Assembly (NCBI GenBank): GCA_051294375.1
Contig: CM119267.1
Coordinates: 875,601-939,600 of the forward strand
Length of the DNA stretch: 64,000 nt
Source: Paraspadella gotoi
Taxonomy: Eukaryota > Animalia > Chaetognatha
Direction: 5' to 3'
Shown piece after piece: positions 27,109 through 39,700 of this stretch; within the stretch, counting starts at the first letter, position 1; every line of letters begins with the position of its first letter. The position numbers and the translations under genes are program-made. Below the pieces are notes generated by a model. That model had not been told where the DNA came from. It saw only the letters and a list, made by a program, of their open reading frames with translations, and did not search any database.

Positions 27109-30018
27109 TCAATTAAAACTGAGCTTTTTCGTGGTGCAAAACTGTTCGATGTGTCCGGGTTCCGCGCAAAATTGACAGCGTGGAAGTCGGGAACGCGGCA
27201 CCGTTCTAGATTTGCATTGGAGGTCGTAACGAAATGATCCCGGAGGAGCGGTGACCGAGGATCGAAACATCCTCAGCGACCTGACGATCCCTACTTCGTC
27301 CAGAACTAAATAATCAGAGGATCTGGCTTTTTCCACGAAAATCTGAAATGCCTGATGTTGAGCCACTTCGCTCGTCGGAGCTTTTCCGTTGGAGAGAAAA
27401 ATCCCTTCGGCGATTAAAGTCAAATTAACGTGAGATCCTTTTGAATCGATCTCAAAAGTCCAAGAGAACTTGGCATCCCGCAGTGCGTTGGTGGCGATGT
27501 CGGTGAAACTGTTTGAAGGTAAGTGAGACACTTTTATAGAGAACATGACTTCGGCGAATCGCTTGAGCAAAGGCAAAGCCTCGGTCCAAGGATCTCTGTC
27601 CTTCACGGCCGGATCACAAAAGGCTTCGATGCTTTGCAGCGGAGGGACGATGCTTTCCTTCTCTTCGTTATTTTCAAATGGAAATTCCAAAGCGGGCAAC
27701 TCTTTAGGAGGTGGCCCCATGGGTGGAATCATCCCGAACGGAAAACCAGAAGCCGACGGTGAAGGGATCGGTTGAGGAGCCATTCCTGTAATTATTGGTG
27801 GTGGGGGTCCGGGTGGGTGCAGAGCCAACATAGGCATCGACGGAGAGGGGTTGACGATCATCGGCGATGTCTTCATGACGCGACGTTCAAAAAGTTCCCC
27901 CATTGGCATGATGATCTTGCTCTCGGTCACGGTGTTAAAATTAGAAATCTGATTCATTTCTAAACCTCTCTTCTCCCCTTTCAATTGATCCAATTCAGCT
28001 TTAAGACGATCTCGGTCTTCCTTCATTCTTATCATTTCTTCCCGAGTCAGTTCAGGGCTGCACCTCCGCCGATCAACAGGGCTGCGTCTTCTTCTATCAT
28101 CAGGACTGAACCTTCGCCTATCAGGACTGTACCTACGTCTATCATCAGGACTGTACCTTCTTCTATCATCAGGGCTATATCTCCGCCTATGGTCAGGGCT
28201 ATATCTTCTTCTATAATCAGGGCTATATCGCCTTTTATAATCAGGGCTGTACCTCCGCCTATCGTTAGGACTGTACCTTCGCTTCTCGTGAGGGCTTCGT
28301 CCCCTATCATCGGGACTGCGTTTTCTTCTTTCATTGGAATTCTGACTTTTATCATATTCCCCAAAATGAAAGAGATGAACTTCTGGAATTGGATTATTAA
28401 AATTTGGATTCGATTGGGGATACATAGTATTTGCCGACATTGAATTGGTAGCGCTGCCAGGAGATAGCATGGCGCTGAAGCTCGGCACTGGGACGGGACC
28501 ATTATTTTTTTCAACAGGCTGTTTATTCTTAACAAAGGAGGAGTCCTCATTCTTCCAATCTTTAATGATACTCTCTGCTTTAGCAATGTAATGTGGGAGA
28601 GATTCAGCCATTCTAATAATTCGCTTTCGGCCGAAGCTCTGTTCCACCAACCTGGACGTTTCTAGGGCGGCGCCTCTTTGCTGCTGATTTTTGGGGCCAG
28701 CCGCCAAAATTCGTTTATGAAAATCCGGGTACAATAGTTTCATGTAGCGACGACGATGCTTGGCGGAGATGATATGGGCAACTATAGAATCGCATTTAAG
28801 CGTGTCGACGTCACAAAGATAGCAGCGATAGCGCATTTCGCTGTGAGTCAGGTCCGAGAAGTAAAACTCTTCGACATACTCTAGCCCAATGATTGGTTCA
28901 TCCTTTAAATATAAAATCTCTTCTACTCTATCAGTGGCATTGATGAGATTAACTGGGACCGGATTCTTTTGGGTTTTTTTATTCCGATGTTTGGCACCAC
29001 TGATGTGAATTTTTAAAGATGCCTTTGAGGTGCAGACGATGTCACAAATGTCACAATGCAGAGATAATTTTTGATCATTTTTAACTGGTTTTTCAGGAAT
29101 TATTTCCTTCATTTTTTCCCCAGCGCGAACTATTTCTTTTCTGCCATGAGTTTCTTCAATAAATCTGGCATAATAATTACAATTTTCCGGCTCTTTAGTT
29201 ATTCCCGCAGCGGCAATTTTACCCCAAATATCTGGGTGCTTTGCTCGAAAAAAATTTTTGCGATGTCCGATAGAAGTTAAGTGATCATTGATTTTTCCGT
29301 CACACAACGATCTTTGATCACACAAGTGACATATGTAGGACAAATTATTTTTTTCATAAAATTCTTGCACAAATTCCAATCCGACCAAAGGCTTATCCGA
29401 CAATTGAAAATTTCTTTTACTTTTACAATTTTTTTGACTGTTACTTTCATGAAAGGTAGAGCTTGGTGTCTCTACTTTCTTTTTATGCTTAGCACCAGCA
29501 ATATGGCTCTTGTAAGGCCCTTCGGACTTGCAATCAACATCACATATTTTGCAATAAAACTCTTTCTTTCGATCCCATGCACTGAACATAGAAGCCATCA
29601 TATCTTCTGGAATAGCGAAAGGAGCTGGATCGTTTCCATTCCCTGCAGGTTCACTAAGTCGGCCCATACCCTCTCCATTCTTATCCCATTCTTGTCCAGG
29701 AGTCACGTTTGCTTGATCTTTAACGCAAGAAGAACTTTTAACTTCAATCTCTGCATTTTTCTTATGCTTGTTACCAGCAAGATGCTTCTTGTAAGGCGCG
29801 TCGGACTTACAATCAATGTCGCATAATTTACAGTAAAAATCAGGCTTGCGATCCCAAGCGTCGAACATTGAAGCCATTATGTCTTCGGAAATAGTAAAGG
29901 GGGCCGCCGCTGATTGGTCGGCCGTATCGCTTGTCTCAACCAGCATTACTTCCTCTTGGTTAGAATTAGCCTGTTGTTTTTCCACCATTATTACATCTGC
30001 AGAAGTTTCCTCCGACAT
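27109..30018 (-). CDS. Intronless 969-aa protein with five U1/matrin-type C2H2 zinc fingers, RRYSPD repeats and a C-terminal CCHC knuckle (probable RNA-binding protein)
   Basis: CxxC-x12/13-H-x5-H fingers (CKLC..HLAGNKH, CKIC..HIAGAKH, CHLC..HLTSIGH, CDIC..HISGAKH, CYLC..HIISAKH). Two (L/I)(V/I)GLE(F/Y)V.EFY motifs, about 10 (D/H/Y)RRRYSPD units, and CQFCAEPGHIEQFC. Confidence 0.85.
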   Translation of the reverse strand: MSEETSADVIMVEKQQANSNQEEVMLVETSDTADQSAAAPFTISEDIMASMFDAWDRKPDFYCKLCDIDCKSDAPYKKHLAGNKHKKNAEIEVKSSSCVKDQANVTPGQEWDKNGEGMGRLSEPAGNGNDPAPFAIPEDMMASMFSAWDRKKEFYCKICDVDCKSEGPYKSHIAGAKHKKKVETPSSTFHESNSQKNCKSKRNFQLSDKPLVGLEFVQEFYEKNNLSYICHLCDQRSLCDGKINDHLTSIGHRKNFFRAKHPDIWGKIAAAGITKEPENCNYYARFIEETHGRKEIVRAGEKMKEIIPEKPVKNDQKLSLHCDICDIVCTSKASLKIHISGAKHRNKKTQKNPVPVNLINATDRVEEILYLKDEPIIGLEYVEEFYFSDLTHSEMRYRCYLCDVDTLKCDSIVAHIISAKHRRRYMKLLYPDFHKRILAAGPKNQQQRGAALETSRLVEQSFGRKRIIRMAESLPHYIAKAESIIKDWKNEDSSFVKNKQPVEKNNGPVPVPSFSAMLSPGSATNSMSANTMYPQSNPNFNNPIPEVHLFHFGEYDKSQNSNERRKRSPDDRGRSPHEKRRYSPNDRRRYSPDYKRRYSPDYRRRYSPDHRRRYSPDDRRRYSPDDRRRYSPDRRRFSPDDRRRRSPVDRRRCSPELTREEMIRMKEDRDRLKAELDQLKGEKRGLEMNQISNFNTVTESKIIMPMGELFERRVMKTSPMIVNPSPSMPMLALHPPGPPPPIITGMAPQPIPSPSASGFPFGMIPPMGPPPKELPALEFPFENNEEKESIVPPLQSIEAFCDPAVKDRDPWTEALPLLKRFAEVMFSIKVSHLPSNSFTDIATNALRDAKFSWTFEIDSKGSHVNLTLIAEGIFLSNGKAPTSEVAQHQAFQIFVEKARSSDYLVLDEVGIVRSLRMFRSSVTAPPGSFRYDLQCKSRTVPRSRLPRCQFCAEPGHIEQFCTTKKLSFN

Positions 30019-30597
30019 TGTAAGCCTTTTGTCTCTCTGAAATAAAAATTAAGGAGAATAAAATTTAATGTTTAAGCCGAATTCTATCATTTTAAAATGA
30101 AAAAAAATATTTAATTAAAATTAAAAAGTAATACATTGGATATAGTATTATTGCCATAGACACATATGGGAATAAAATACTGGTCACCATCTACAATTAA
30201 AACCTGGTTCAAAGCAAATATTTACTTTGCTTTTGACGAATTGACAGGAAGAGAGAGTGTTTGAGTGAGAGAAAAAAAAAGCGAAACCGTCTCCAGCGTA
30301 ACATTAAAATGAAAAATTTACATAAAAAAAATCAAAGCGGTGGGGTTGTTGACTTCCAAGACTTGTTTGAGAACCTAAACGTCATAGATAAAACGAAATG
30401 ACCACATTGACTGTTGATTCCAAAATGCGAGGCTTGTATTAGAACAAAGTGAGTTCAAATCAAAATTGTATATTCAATTACATGAGTTTTTTCCTTTTGA
30501 GTTCAATTCCATTATTTGATTCGCATCATGTAGCAAATCGCGCTCACCAGTTATAAATAGTAAAACATTATTACAAACAGAATACGGAAAATATATA

Positions 30598-31282
30598 CAG
30601 AAGGCTTCATATTATAAAATGTGGTACCCCTTTTTTGTGACCAGAATCTGTTGCCACCAACCTACCCGATCGAATTTAATGAAATTTTACATTTAGAGTG
30701 CTAATGACTATATAAATAGAACTATCGAGGCGAATTTTGATATTCAACCCCTGACAAGAGATACAGGGCAATGGGGGTAGACCCCTGGGGGGCCAAAAAA
30801 GGCTAAAAATTTTTTTTTTCATTTTTAAACAAAAATTTAGTAGCAACAGATGCATTGACGTTTTAAACATAAGAAAAAAACATTTTAGAATTAAAATTGA
30901 TAAATTTGCAATAATTAAGCATGGTTAAAGATGCATGGTTCATCGTTTTACTTTCAATTTTCCCAAATTATTCTAAATCTGACTTTAAAATTAAGGTAAA
31001 TGAATATTTTTGAGGTAATAAATATGTTTTTGTGGAATAGTAAACATCTGTGCAACTGTTCAAAACAAAAATAATAAAAAATTTTGAAAAAAATTTTTGA
31101 CCATTTTTTGCCCCTATGGGAGGGCCCTATGGTTAAATATTGAAATTCGCCTCAATAGTTTTATTAGTATTCACATAGGGATCTTTCATACCAAATTTCA
31201 ATAAATTTGGTCCAGTAGTTTCCTTGGAACGAGTTCTGGTCACAAAAAAGGGGTACAACATTTTATAATATGAAGCCTTCTG
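30598..31282. mobile_element. MITE with ~50-bp TIRs and TA flanks (Tc1/mariner-type non-autonomous element)
   Basis: ta|cagaaggcttcatattataaaatgtggtaccccttttttgtgaccagaa ... ttctggtcacaaaaaaggggtacaacattttataatatgaagccttctg|ta. A second copy is at 59873. Confidence 0.85.
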
Positions 31283-31448
31283 TAATAAAATCAAGTAGGG
31301 CAAGAATGAGGCGTGGGCGAAGGCAATATACAACGCAAAATTGATTAGTCGTAGATTAGCGTCGAAAGTCGAGCCACGCCCACTAGAGACACGCCGCCCC
31401 GTGAGGACGCCCATCGAGACCAAATCTCTCTCCCCACCCCAAGCTGAA

Positions 31449-34400
31449 TTAACGCTCCCCCACCATCCGTCTCCATCTCTCTCTCACAATATAGGCCGCC
31501 ATCTTCGGTTGTCGTTGCCGCGTGAAAAGTCCCTTCCGGTTTCCAGCGACGCGCGTCGGCGATTCGTCGGTCGCGAAGTCGGCAAAGCTCCATATCATCT
31601 CGCCGACAAGGAAGTGGGCGCGGAGTCGATCCAACGCCGCCCAATAAGAGGCGAGCGTCGACGATTGATAGTCCTCGGTGAACATGAGGGCGGGAAGTTG
31701 ATGGAGACCAGCGACCGCGCCCGCACCGAACTCTGTCGTTTTATTGTCAAAAAGCGAGAGACTTCTTGGTTTAAGGGGTCGCGAGGCCAGAGACTTCTTG
31801 GCCAGAGGCCCCGCGACGGGGTTAACAACACACCATGCCAATCCACTGATAAGGATTATCCTCTGAGTCGGCAAAGTGATACGGTATTAGTTAAACCTCG
31901 CCTTTGGAAGATGAGAGACGAGACAGCACTAGTAAACCTACCATTGGCAGCCATCGCCGCTGAGGATGCGAAGCCGCCAAGGCCAACAAGTAAAAAGACC
32001 CACCAAGCTGGGCTGTGGGCAACAAGAGCAGCCAGTCTGTTGCCATAAAATACCCTTTATAACGATTCTTATAACAAAATATATAACCATAAAATTAATC
32101 AAAGACAATATTAAGTATTCATTTTTCGGGCCTATACGATAAGGCACGCCATAAGGGGTTTTCAGAGAAATACTCTCAGGGTATAAAACCAAGAAGAACG
32201 AGGGACGAAGAATGAAATGATTTTTGGATCCACTGGAACTGAAATCGTGGAAAGGTCACCACAAGTCAGTTCACACTGAAGGAATACGAATTTCTTTTTT
32301 GAGCGAAATTGAGGTGATTCAAAATCCCGTAGAGGATGTTCAGTTCACCTTTACCGCTCTAGGAAATTCTAATCGGGGCTGTACCACATATGCGACCCCC
32401 TAAAAACCTCTCCATCTCAAAAGTCAAAATTTCAATCAGGACCCCCTCCTGTGTAGAATATAGTAATAAAATTAAAGGATGATTAACCGGAAAAGATGAC
32501 GCTCTTGTTGAAATTGCGATGCCACTTTGTGAGATCGTAGAGAGTCTGGCGTTCGATTAGTTGAATCTGCGATGCATCGTGATACCAGGCAAAATAGTGA
32601 TTTATGCAAATGATGTCGACGAAGCTCGCCGCCTTTGCGTGCAAATGGGGAAAGGTAAAGAATATATTTTAAATTTAGTAGTAAATAGTAAAAAAACAAA
32701 ATTTGGAGGAATCGTGATAAATTGTAATTGGTTGGTTTTCGTCAGTGTCGTCATTACCTTGTCGTTGTCAAAGTTACTCCCTCCTCCAATGACGAAAGTC
32801 ACGGGCCGCGTCTCGTCAAGTTTCTTCGTGTGTTTGATAACAATTTCAAAATACCTGCGTCAAAAAATTTTCAATTAATATAATTATTCGAAATGTTTAC
32901 CTTTTATCCTTTTCTCACTTGCGGGTAAAGGCTTTCTTTGAAGCGGGTTCGTTGGCAACGGACCACATGATGACCGAGGGATGATTCTTATCTCGTTGAA
33001 CGAGTTCGTCCATTACGTCCAAATGATGTTTCAACACCTGATAAGTGATATCACCGAATCGCAAATTATTGACTTCATGAAATTGGGGATTTACTCCATT
33101 GGCGGCACAACCGCACCGGCTCACATTCGACTTCATTCAATCCCAATTGCAAAGTGGGAGAATGCACCATCTCGACATTCTATCTACACTCAGTGATTCT
33201 AGTAGAATTTCTACAGTCCTAACGAATTTCCGATGAGTTGGCTGACGAGACGGTACTCGTCTGATCGCGCCAGCGGCACTTGGCGCACTGAGAGTCCCAA
33301 GTCCTCAACGCCGACAGATGAGATGACCCAATCCTTAGTCTCTTACTTCATACTCTTGCTTCACACCTATCCTTTCAACCTTCCATTCAATTCTCCCTCC
33401 TTCTTTTCTCCCTCCCCCATCCCGCCTCCCCTTCCCCCCCTCCTTCCCACTTCCCTCCCCCCTTCACCTCCGGCGCGAAATTCTCCTTCGTCTTCATCCC
33501 GACTCCTGGACTCTCGCTGATGACAACGACGCCCTCTTCGTCGGCCATGTTGAGCTCCTCCTCCGCGTAGGGATAATGAGAGGTGCGGAAACAGTTGGCG
33601 CCGAGCCATTTGAGAAGTCGGAAGTCGCGCGTCGTCGTCGCCAAATCCAAGCCTTTGCCCCGGATGTCGGCGTCGTCGTGTTTGCCCACGCCCCTGGGGG
33701 AAGAGAGGGAAGGGAGATGATGATAAGAATATTAGTCAAATTATGGGATGTAAATAGTCAAAAAGTCAAATTATGTGAAGTGTGGACGCTAAGAGGGATC
33801 AAGACTTCTTTGCCAACCTTTGACCGCTATGGTAGTTTTAAAACTCCCAAAAAGGCTTACGGCGCGTCCTCGCGCTTACTGGTATCGACAACAATATAAG
33901 AGAAGACATCGAGCAAGCAAATCCAACCACCTGAACTGAAACTACCCGACATCCAAGACTCACTTGCAATAAAAGGGTCTATCATTGATGAGAATCTCTC
34001 TGTTTGTCCATTCCAATTTACGAATTCCAACTTTGAGACGAAAAACGTCGACGATTTCGTTGTTGTTGTTGTTGTTGTCGGCGAAGATGGAGACGCGAAG
34101 AGTGTAGAGGTAAGCGGGATCGGTGGTGTTCATGTCCCACGGCCACCAGAGGCGAGGGTGAGGGACGGAGACTTGGGCGGAGAGAGACGAGGCTGAGAGA
34201 GAGAGATGGATAAGAAATGCAAAGATTCATAGAGGGATAGAGAGAGAGTGATACATACTACATACTCGCGAATACTTTATCATTCCCATCTTTAATTTTT
34301 TTCTCAATTATCTTTTAACTATCATTCACAGTCTCTCTCTCTCTCTGGAAAGGTTTCATAATAATTGTCCTTTACCTTAAATATCCAAATTAGATAGCAA

Positions 34401-34576
34401 GTATGTTCATAAGATGTCCAAACGTAGCCTTCATTACTTAAACCGTTCACCTTCTACATAAGTTTTAGTCAGTTTAAAACATTTTTTAATATTTTAAAAA
34501 CTCACATCAGAGTTATCTAAGTCGCTTTTAAGGGCCTAACTTAGAGCCTAAAGCCCTACTCAGATAAATGTTCAAT

Positions 34577-34619
<43 letters not shown>

Positions 34620-35989
34620 ATGCCACGACGGTTCCATTAGCGTCGACCAAATCCACTTCGACTCTCGTCTCCATTTCCTCTCCTTCGATTCGCCCGACAA
34701 AGACTTGATAGGCGAGGATGCCGACGACGCCCGACAAGCCGACAACTGATGTCGTCGTCGTCGTTCGAACGGAAATGTCTTCGATGAAGACGAGGGGAGT
34801 CGAGTAGAGAAGGACGGGGCGATCGATGCCCGCGTAATTAAAGAAGTCAAACTGATAAGTTTGATCGAAATAACCTGATATAAATATTAATTATTATAAT
34901 ATTATAATAATTAATAATGTTATAAACACATTCTTTTTTTAAATATATTATTATATATATCGACCATCCTTAAAACCTGGGGGATACATGGGATTCCCCG
35001 GGACGGGCCGCTCGATCTTCCCCGGCGGAATCGTGGAGGGCGTAAGGGTGTTGTTGACGGCGACGGTGAGACGATTCGAGGCTCCAGGGATCAAGAGGTT
35101 GGTCGGAGAGTCTCCACCGACGAAGACTTCCACCTCGAAGGGCAGATGACCGCCCTCGTGGCTCGCGGCCCGGCGTCCGTTGAGCCAGACGACGGCGTTG
35201 TAGTGGACGCTGCCGAATCTGAGGACGACGCGGGAAGAAGTCAGCTTGAACCAAAAGTCGGTCTCGTACCAGACCCAGCCGACGAAATCCCGAGTTTGTC
35301 GGTCTGTGCCTAAGAGAACGAAAATCATAATAAGACTTTAAATATAACTTGAAATTCTTTTATTTAATTATTTAAGAAAATTAAGAAAACAAGAACCAGT
35401 AAGTTTAAGGTGTTGCATCTCTGTTACTTTCTGTTTTGGACATATTTAAAGATAATCTCTACTATTGAACACATTCAAAAAAAACATCCTCTTATGGTAA
35501 TGGTTAGACAATGTCTAACAATGTCTAATAGACATGTGTGATGCCCGGGGTATGAGGCATCTCCCGACAGCTGACGCTCAGGGCTTTGGACCTGCAGTGA
35601 TCCCCCAATGTCACAGGCGTGTTTGTTGGTATGCGATTTTTTAGGATTCGCCACACTATAAGCGAAACTGAAAATAAACCGCATTTACCCTCTGATCAAC
35701 AACCTCAACTACCTATGTCGTTGAAACTGGCCGGAACGGGCATCTTGAGAACGGGACCCTTGGACCGAAGCGAAGAGGCGAACCACTTCTCTCGAAATCC
35801 ACGATCACGTTCCGGAGAATCGTCAAGACGAAAATCCCAGAGGCCGTCCAAAGATTTGACCCAACGAGACTCGGATTCCTAAGACGAATATAGACGCGAG
35901 AAAAAAAGGTTAGGAAATAATCAGGCTTTTTCTTTTCTTTTAATTCAATTTAGGATTTAATTCATGACTATTTAAGATCAGTATTATTA

Positions 35990-36030
<41 letters not shown>

Positions 36031-36371
36031 ATTATTATCTTCGTAAAAAACAACTTTGCTAATAATACGAAAGTATAAAATATATTCTATTAATTATTTC
36101 GTCCCTCGGTTTTCACCTGTGGAAAAAGCATACCAGGAAGTTTTCCATCTTCGCTCCGTGAAGAGTTAGAATCTTCGAGCGTCGCCGCCACCGCCGCCGC
36201 CGCCGCCGCCGTCGAACCGAAGCGGCGGTGATTCCTAAAGTGACGATCGATCATTCGATTTCCGTAGAGACAATGAACGATCGTCCATATGAGGAGGAGG
36301 AGGAAGAGACGAGAGGGCGGCATGGCGTCGATAAGGCGGCGCGCGATCCCCGCGAACCGATCGGGGATCAT
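31449..36371 (-). CDS. GUSB: Beta-glucuronidase (GH2), multi-exon
   Basis: Signal-like N-terminus, GMLFPQ|[95 protein letters not shown] (acid/base Glu), EFGA (nucleophile Glu), WSFADF and [14 protein letters not shown]. The start could also be Met at 36323. Confidence 0.95.
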
Positions 36372-36713
36372 ATATGGGGATTGAAAATGAGGGGAAAACT
36401 GGAAAAGGGAACGGAAGCAATGATTCTACTATGAACGATAGAATTTACGAACACAGTTTTGTTTTATTTAGAAAAAAAAAAAACAAAGTCGAGAACTTAA
36501 CGCGAATTTTCGAGAAATACAAAAAATACAAGAATAAAAAAAAAAACAAAAAAAAACAACTGAACTTCAGTTTTTTTTAAACTTCGGATAACAATTGACG
36601 ACCTAAGGTAGAAATAGTCAAGAGAAGAGAAGAGAAGAGAAGAGAAGAGAAGAGAAGAGAAGAGAAGAGAAGAGAATAGAATAAAAGAGAAAGCAATCAT
36701 CCTCCTTCAAAAT

Positions 36714-39700
36714 TCACGAGACTTTCATCAATGTCCCCAAGTAAAACGCCAAAAAGACGTTGCAAACGACACTGACGACGACGAAGACTTTGACGAAAAG
36801 GCCGCCGCCGCTGCTGCCTTCGACGCCGCGGCTCCGCTTTCCTACTCCGCCGCGGCGTCGTTTCATCGCTGAGACATCGGCGAGACAAATATTTTCCGAG
36901 TCCGAGTCGTCTGTGAAGGTGTCGTCGAAAGGAGGAGGAGGAGGAGGAGCAGGGGGAACGCCTAGGTGAATTAAATATGAGTTAATATTTATGAAAATTG
37001 AAAAAACCAATATAAAAATTATCCAATATCTTATCATTCAATAAATAAACTTTAGTATTTTAAACGATTTATAGATAATTCGTTAGAGTTCATAATTCTT
37101 TATAAATCTTTCGAAGGTGAAATCATTGATCGGCCTCATCCCCACCACTACAGTAATTAAAATAATATTTCAATACTTAAATTACTTTTAAATCGTTAAT
37201 AAAATAAATTATATTCCCCCTCTAACCTCGTAACGACTTAGCACCGCTCCATCGGCCGAGAAAAGACCGCGCGGCGTGCTGCTTCGACGGCAGCGGAGGC
37301 TGAGGCGACGCGTTCAGTCGCGGCGGCCAATCGCGATCCGTGGATGAAGTGTTGTCGGATCCACGCGGCGTCGCTCCTTTGCCGACCGACGCCGTCGGAA
37401 AAAGACCGACGCCGGTGGGCATCGCGAAACGAGAGGGGGCGCTGACTGTGGAGAGGGCGTCGTCGACGCCGACAGAAAAAATTCCGGGGCCGGAAAGGGA
37501 CCCGAGAAGGGGGGTACGTGAATCGGGCGCTGGAGGAGAAGCTCCGTCGCGGCGCTGCAGGGCGGCGGCGGAGAGAACGCCGCGGGAGCCGAAAAGGGCG
37601 GAAGGAAGAGCGGAGGAGGAAGAGGAGACGGCGGTGAATCTAGAGGGGGGGGGAGAATGGATAAAATTTATCACTTATCTATTACTTCTTTCTCACTTAA
37701 CATTATTAAAGATCACTAACGTCTATAGTTCTACTTATATAGCGACCAACGCCTAACTCTTTTCTTCAATACCACCTTTAACCAACCCAACAACTCCCAT
37801 AACTCTCTTATCATCTTATCATCATCACCTCGCTGGAGAGATGATAGTCTTCGTCTTCCTAGAAGTCATCGAACTTCCGCTCGAGGAAATGGAACTGTTG
37901 AGTCCAACGTTTCCCCAGATGGAGGAGAGAGAAAGAAAAGCCGCTGGTGGGGCTGCGGCTGCCGCTGCGCCGCCGCCCACGTCGCCGCGATTCTTCTTCG
38001 GCGTCAGGCCCGTACTCAACGTCATCCCCGCCAAGTCGCCCGTCCGCAGTTCGACGCCCTCGCCGAGGATGGAGCCGGTCGGGGTCGGCGGCCGAGACGA
38101 GGAAGGGGGCGTGGAGGTTGGGAAGACGGCGCCGTCGAAAGAAGGCGGCGCCGGAGGAGGCGACGCCGAATCGAAGACGGAAGGACGAAGAGGTTGAGCG
38201 GCGGAGGGAGAAGTTGTTTCGGGGGATGAGGCTGGAATAAAGAATTTTTTTAAAACAAATATAAAAATAAATACATTTTAACGTAGCAATTAGTATATAA
38301 TTACAAATATAAACCAAACCAAGTTTTCAAGAGAATCCAACGTACATTATACTCTAAAAATAAAACATATCATCACAGAGGAATGAAACCCGGAAGAGAA
38401 AGATTAGGAAGAGGATTCCGGAAGAGGAAGAAGATTCTGGAACGATTTCGAACGGGATTTTGGAAGCCAAATCCAGAAAAGGAACAATACTTTCCGGAAG
38501 AGGAAAGAAGAAGGAAGAGGAGGATTCCGGAAGAGGAATCTGGCTTCGTCCACTTGCCATTATAAATAGCCTCTGTTTCTGCTTTGATTCACTCTGTCTG
38601 AAAATTGACACCGTCTTCTCTTGTCTATTTTCTAATAAAATTCCACCTTGATTTCATATCGAATCCCTGTCTTCTTACATAATTGGGTGACAGGAGTGGA
38701 CTCGACTCACCACGTCTCCAAGAAGCCTTACCACAACGCCACCAGCTACCCAAAAGAAGATGGACAACACTTCTGCCCCTACCATCCCTCCAGCTAAACC
38801 AGGATGGAACTTATTTCAAAGGAAAAAAGGGGCCAGCACGGAGACGGTACCAGTGTCCAAGACAAATTGGAGTTCCTCACTTCAAGTGGATGGAGCTCTT
38901 CTGGATCACTGCCAATTGGAAAATAATCAGGCAGAAATAACACGCCAAATCTTAAAATATTGTAATGATGTCAACCAACAAACAAAAAGAACTCGCCATC
39001 CTGGGCCAAAAAGTCTTGGAAAGCAAAAAAAACTTTGGCTCCAAAATGGATGATCTTCAAAGCATGATGCAAATCATGGTGACTCAAATCAGCGGCCAAA
39101 CATTGGACAAAAATCCTTGCCAATGAAGAACAAAAAGACGAAATTCCTAATGAAAAAAAACTGTTGGAAAATAATAAGCGTGAAAAACTCTATTACCCTT
39201 GGTTAAACACCCCATCCAACTGGAAAAAAGAAGGCCTGATGAATCTCCAGAAGATTTCCTTAGAAGCTTCTATGAGGCCTTCAAGGATTCTCCAACTCCC
39301 CCAGCGGAAATTGAATTGATCAACAACTACGCGCCCTACTTGCCCGAGACAAAATCGCCAGCAGATTTGTTATTCCCATCAACCAATCCAGATGGCTGGG
39401 ACTCTGCACACTCCTTGAAGGATCTTCGGTCAGCATAACTGAGGCTCTGGCTGAAGCAAAAATTGAAGTCAACCCTCATGTGCACGCCAAGTATGGCATT
39501 GCCCTTGTCAATGCTGCCAGGGAAAATTTTGAGACTGTTAGAGAAAAGGACAGAGCCTCAGTCCCTGATTATGTGGCCCAAATGCTTGTTGAAGCCCTCG
39601 AGCCCTATGTCCCAGGGATAACATCAGAAACCCTGGAATGGACACAGATGCTGGAGAAAGGGGAGCTCCAACAACTTGGCAGAGTAATTGAGTACAAACT

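Noticed and set aside
31740-32060. GC-rich structured-looking intronic segment in GUSB (possible ribozyme or ncRNA)
   Set aside because: No complete hammerhead core (CUGANGA...GAAA with pairing stems) or snoRNA boxes could be established. It is more likely a retroelement fragment.
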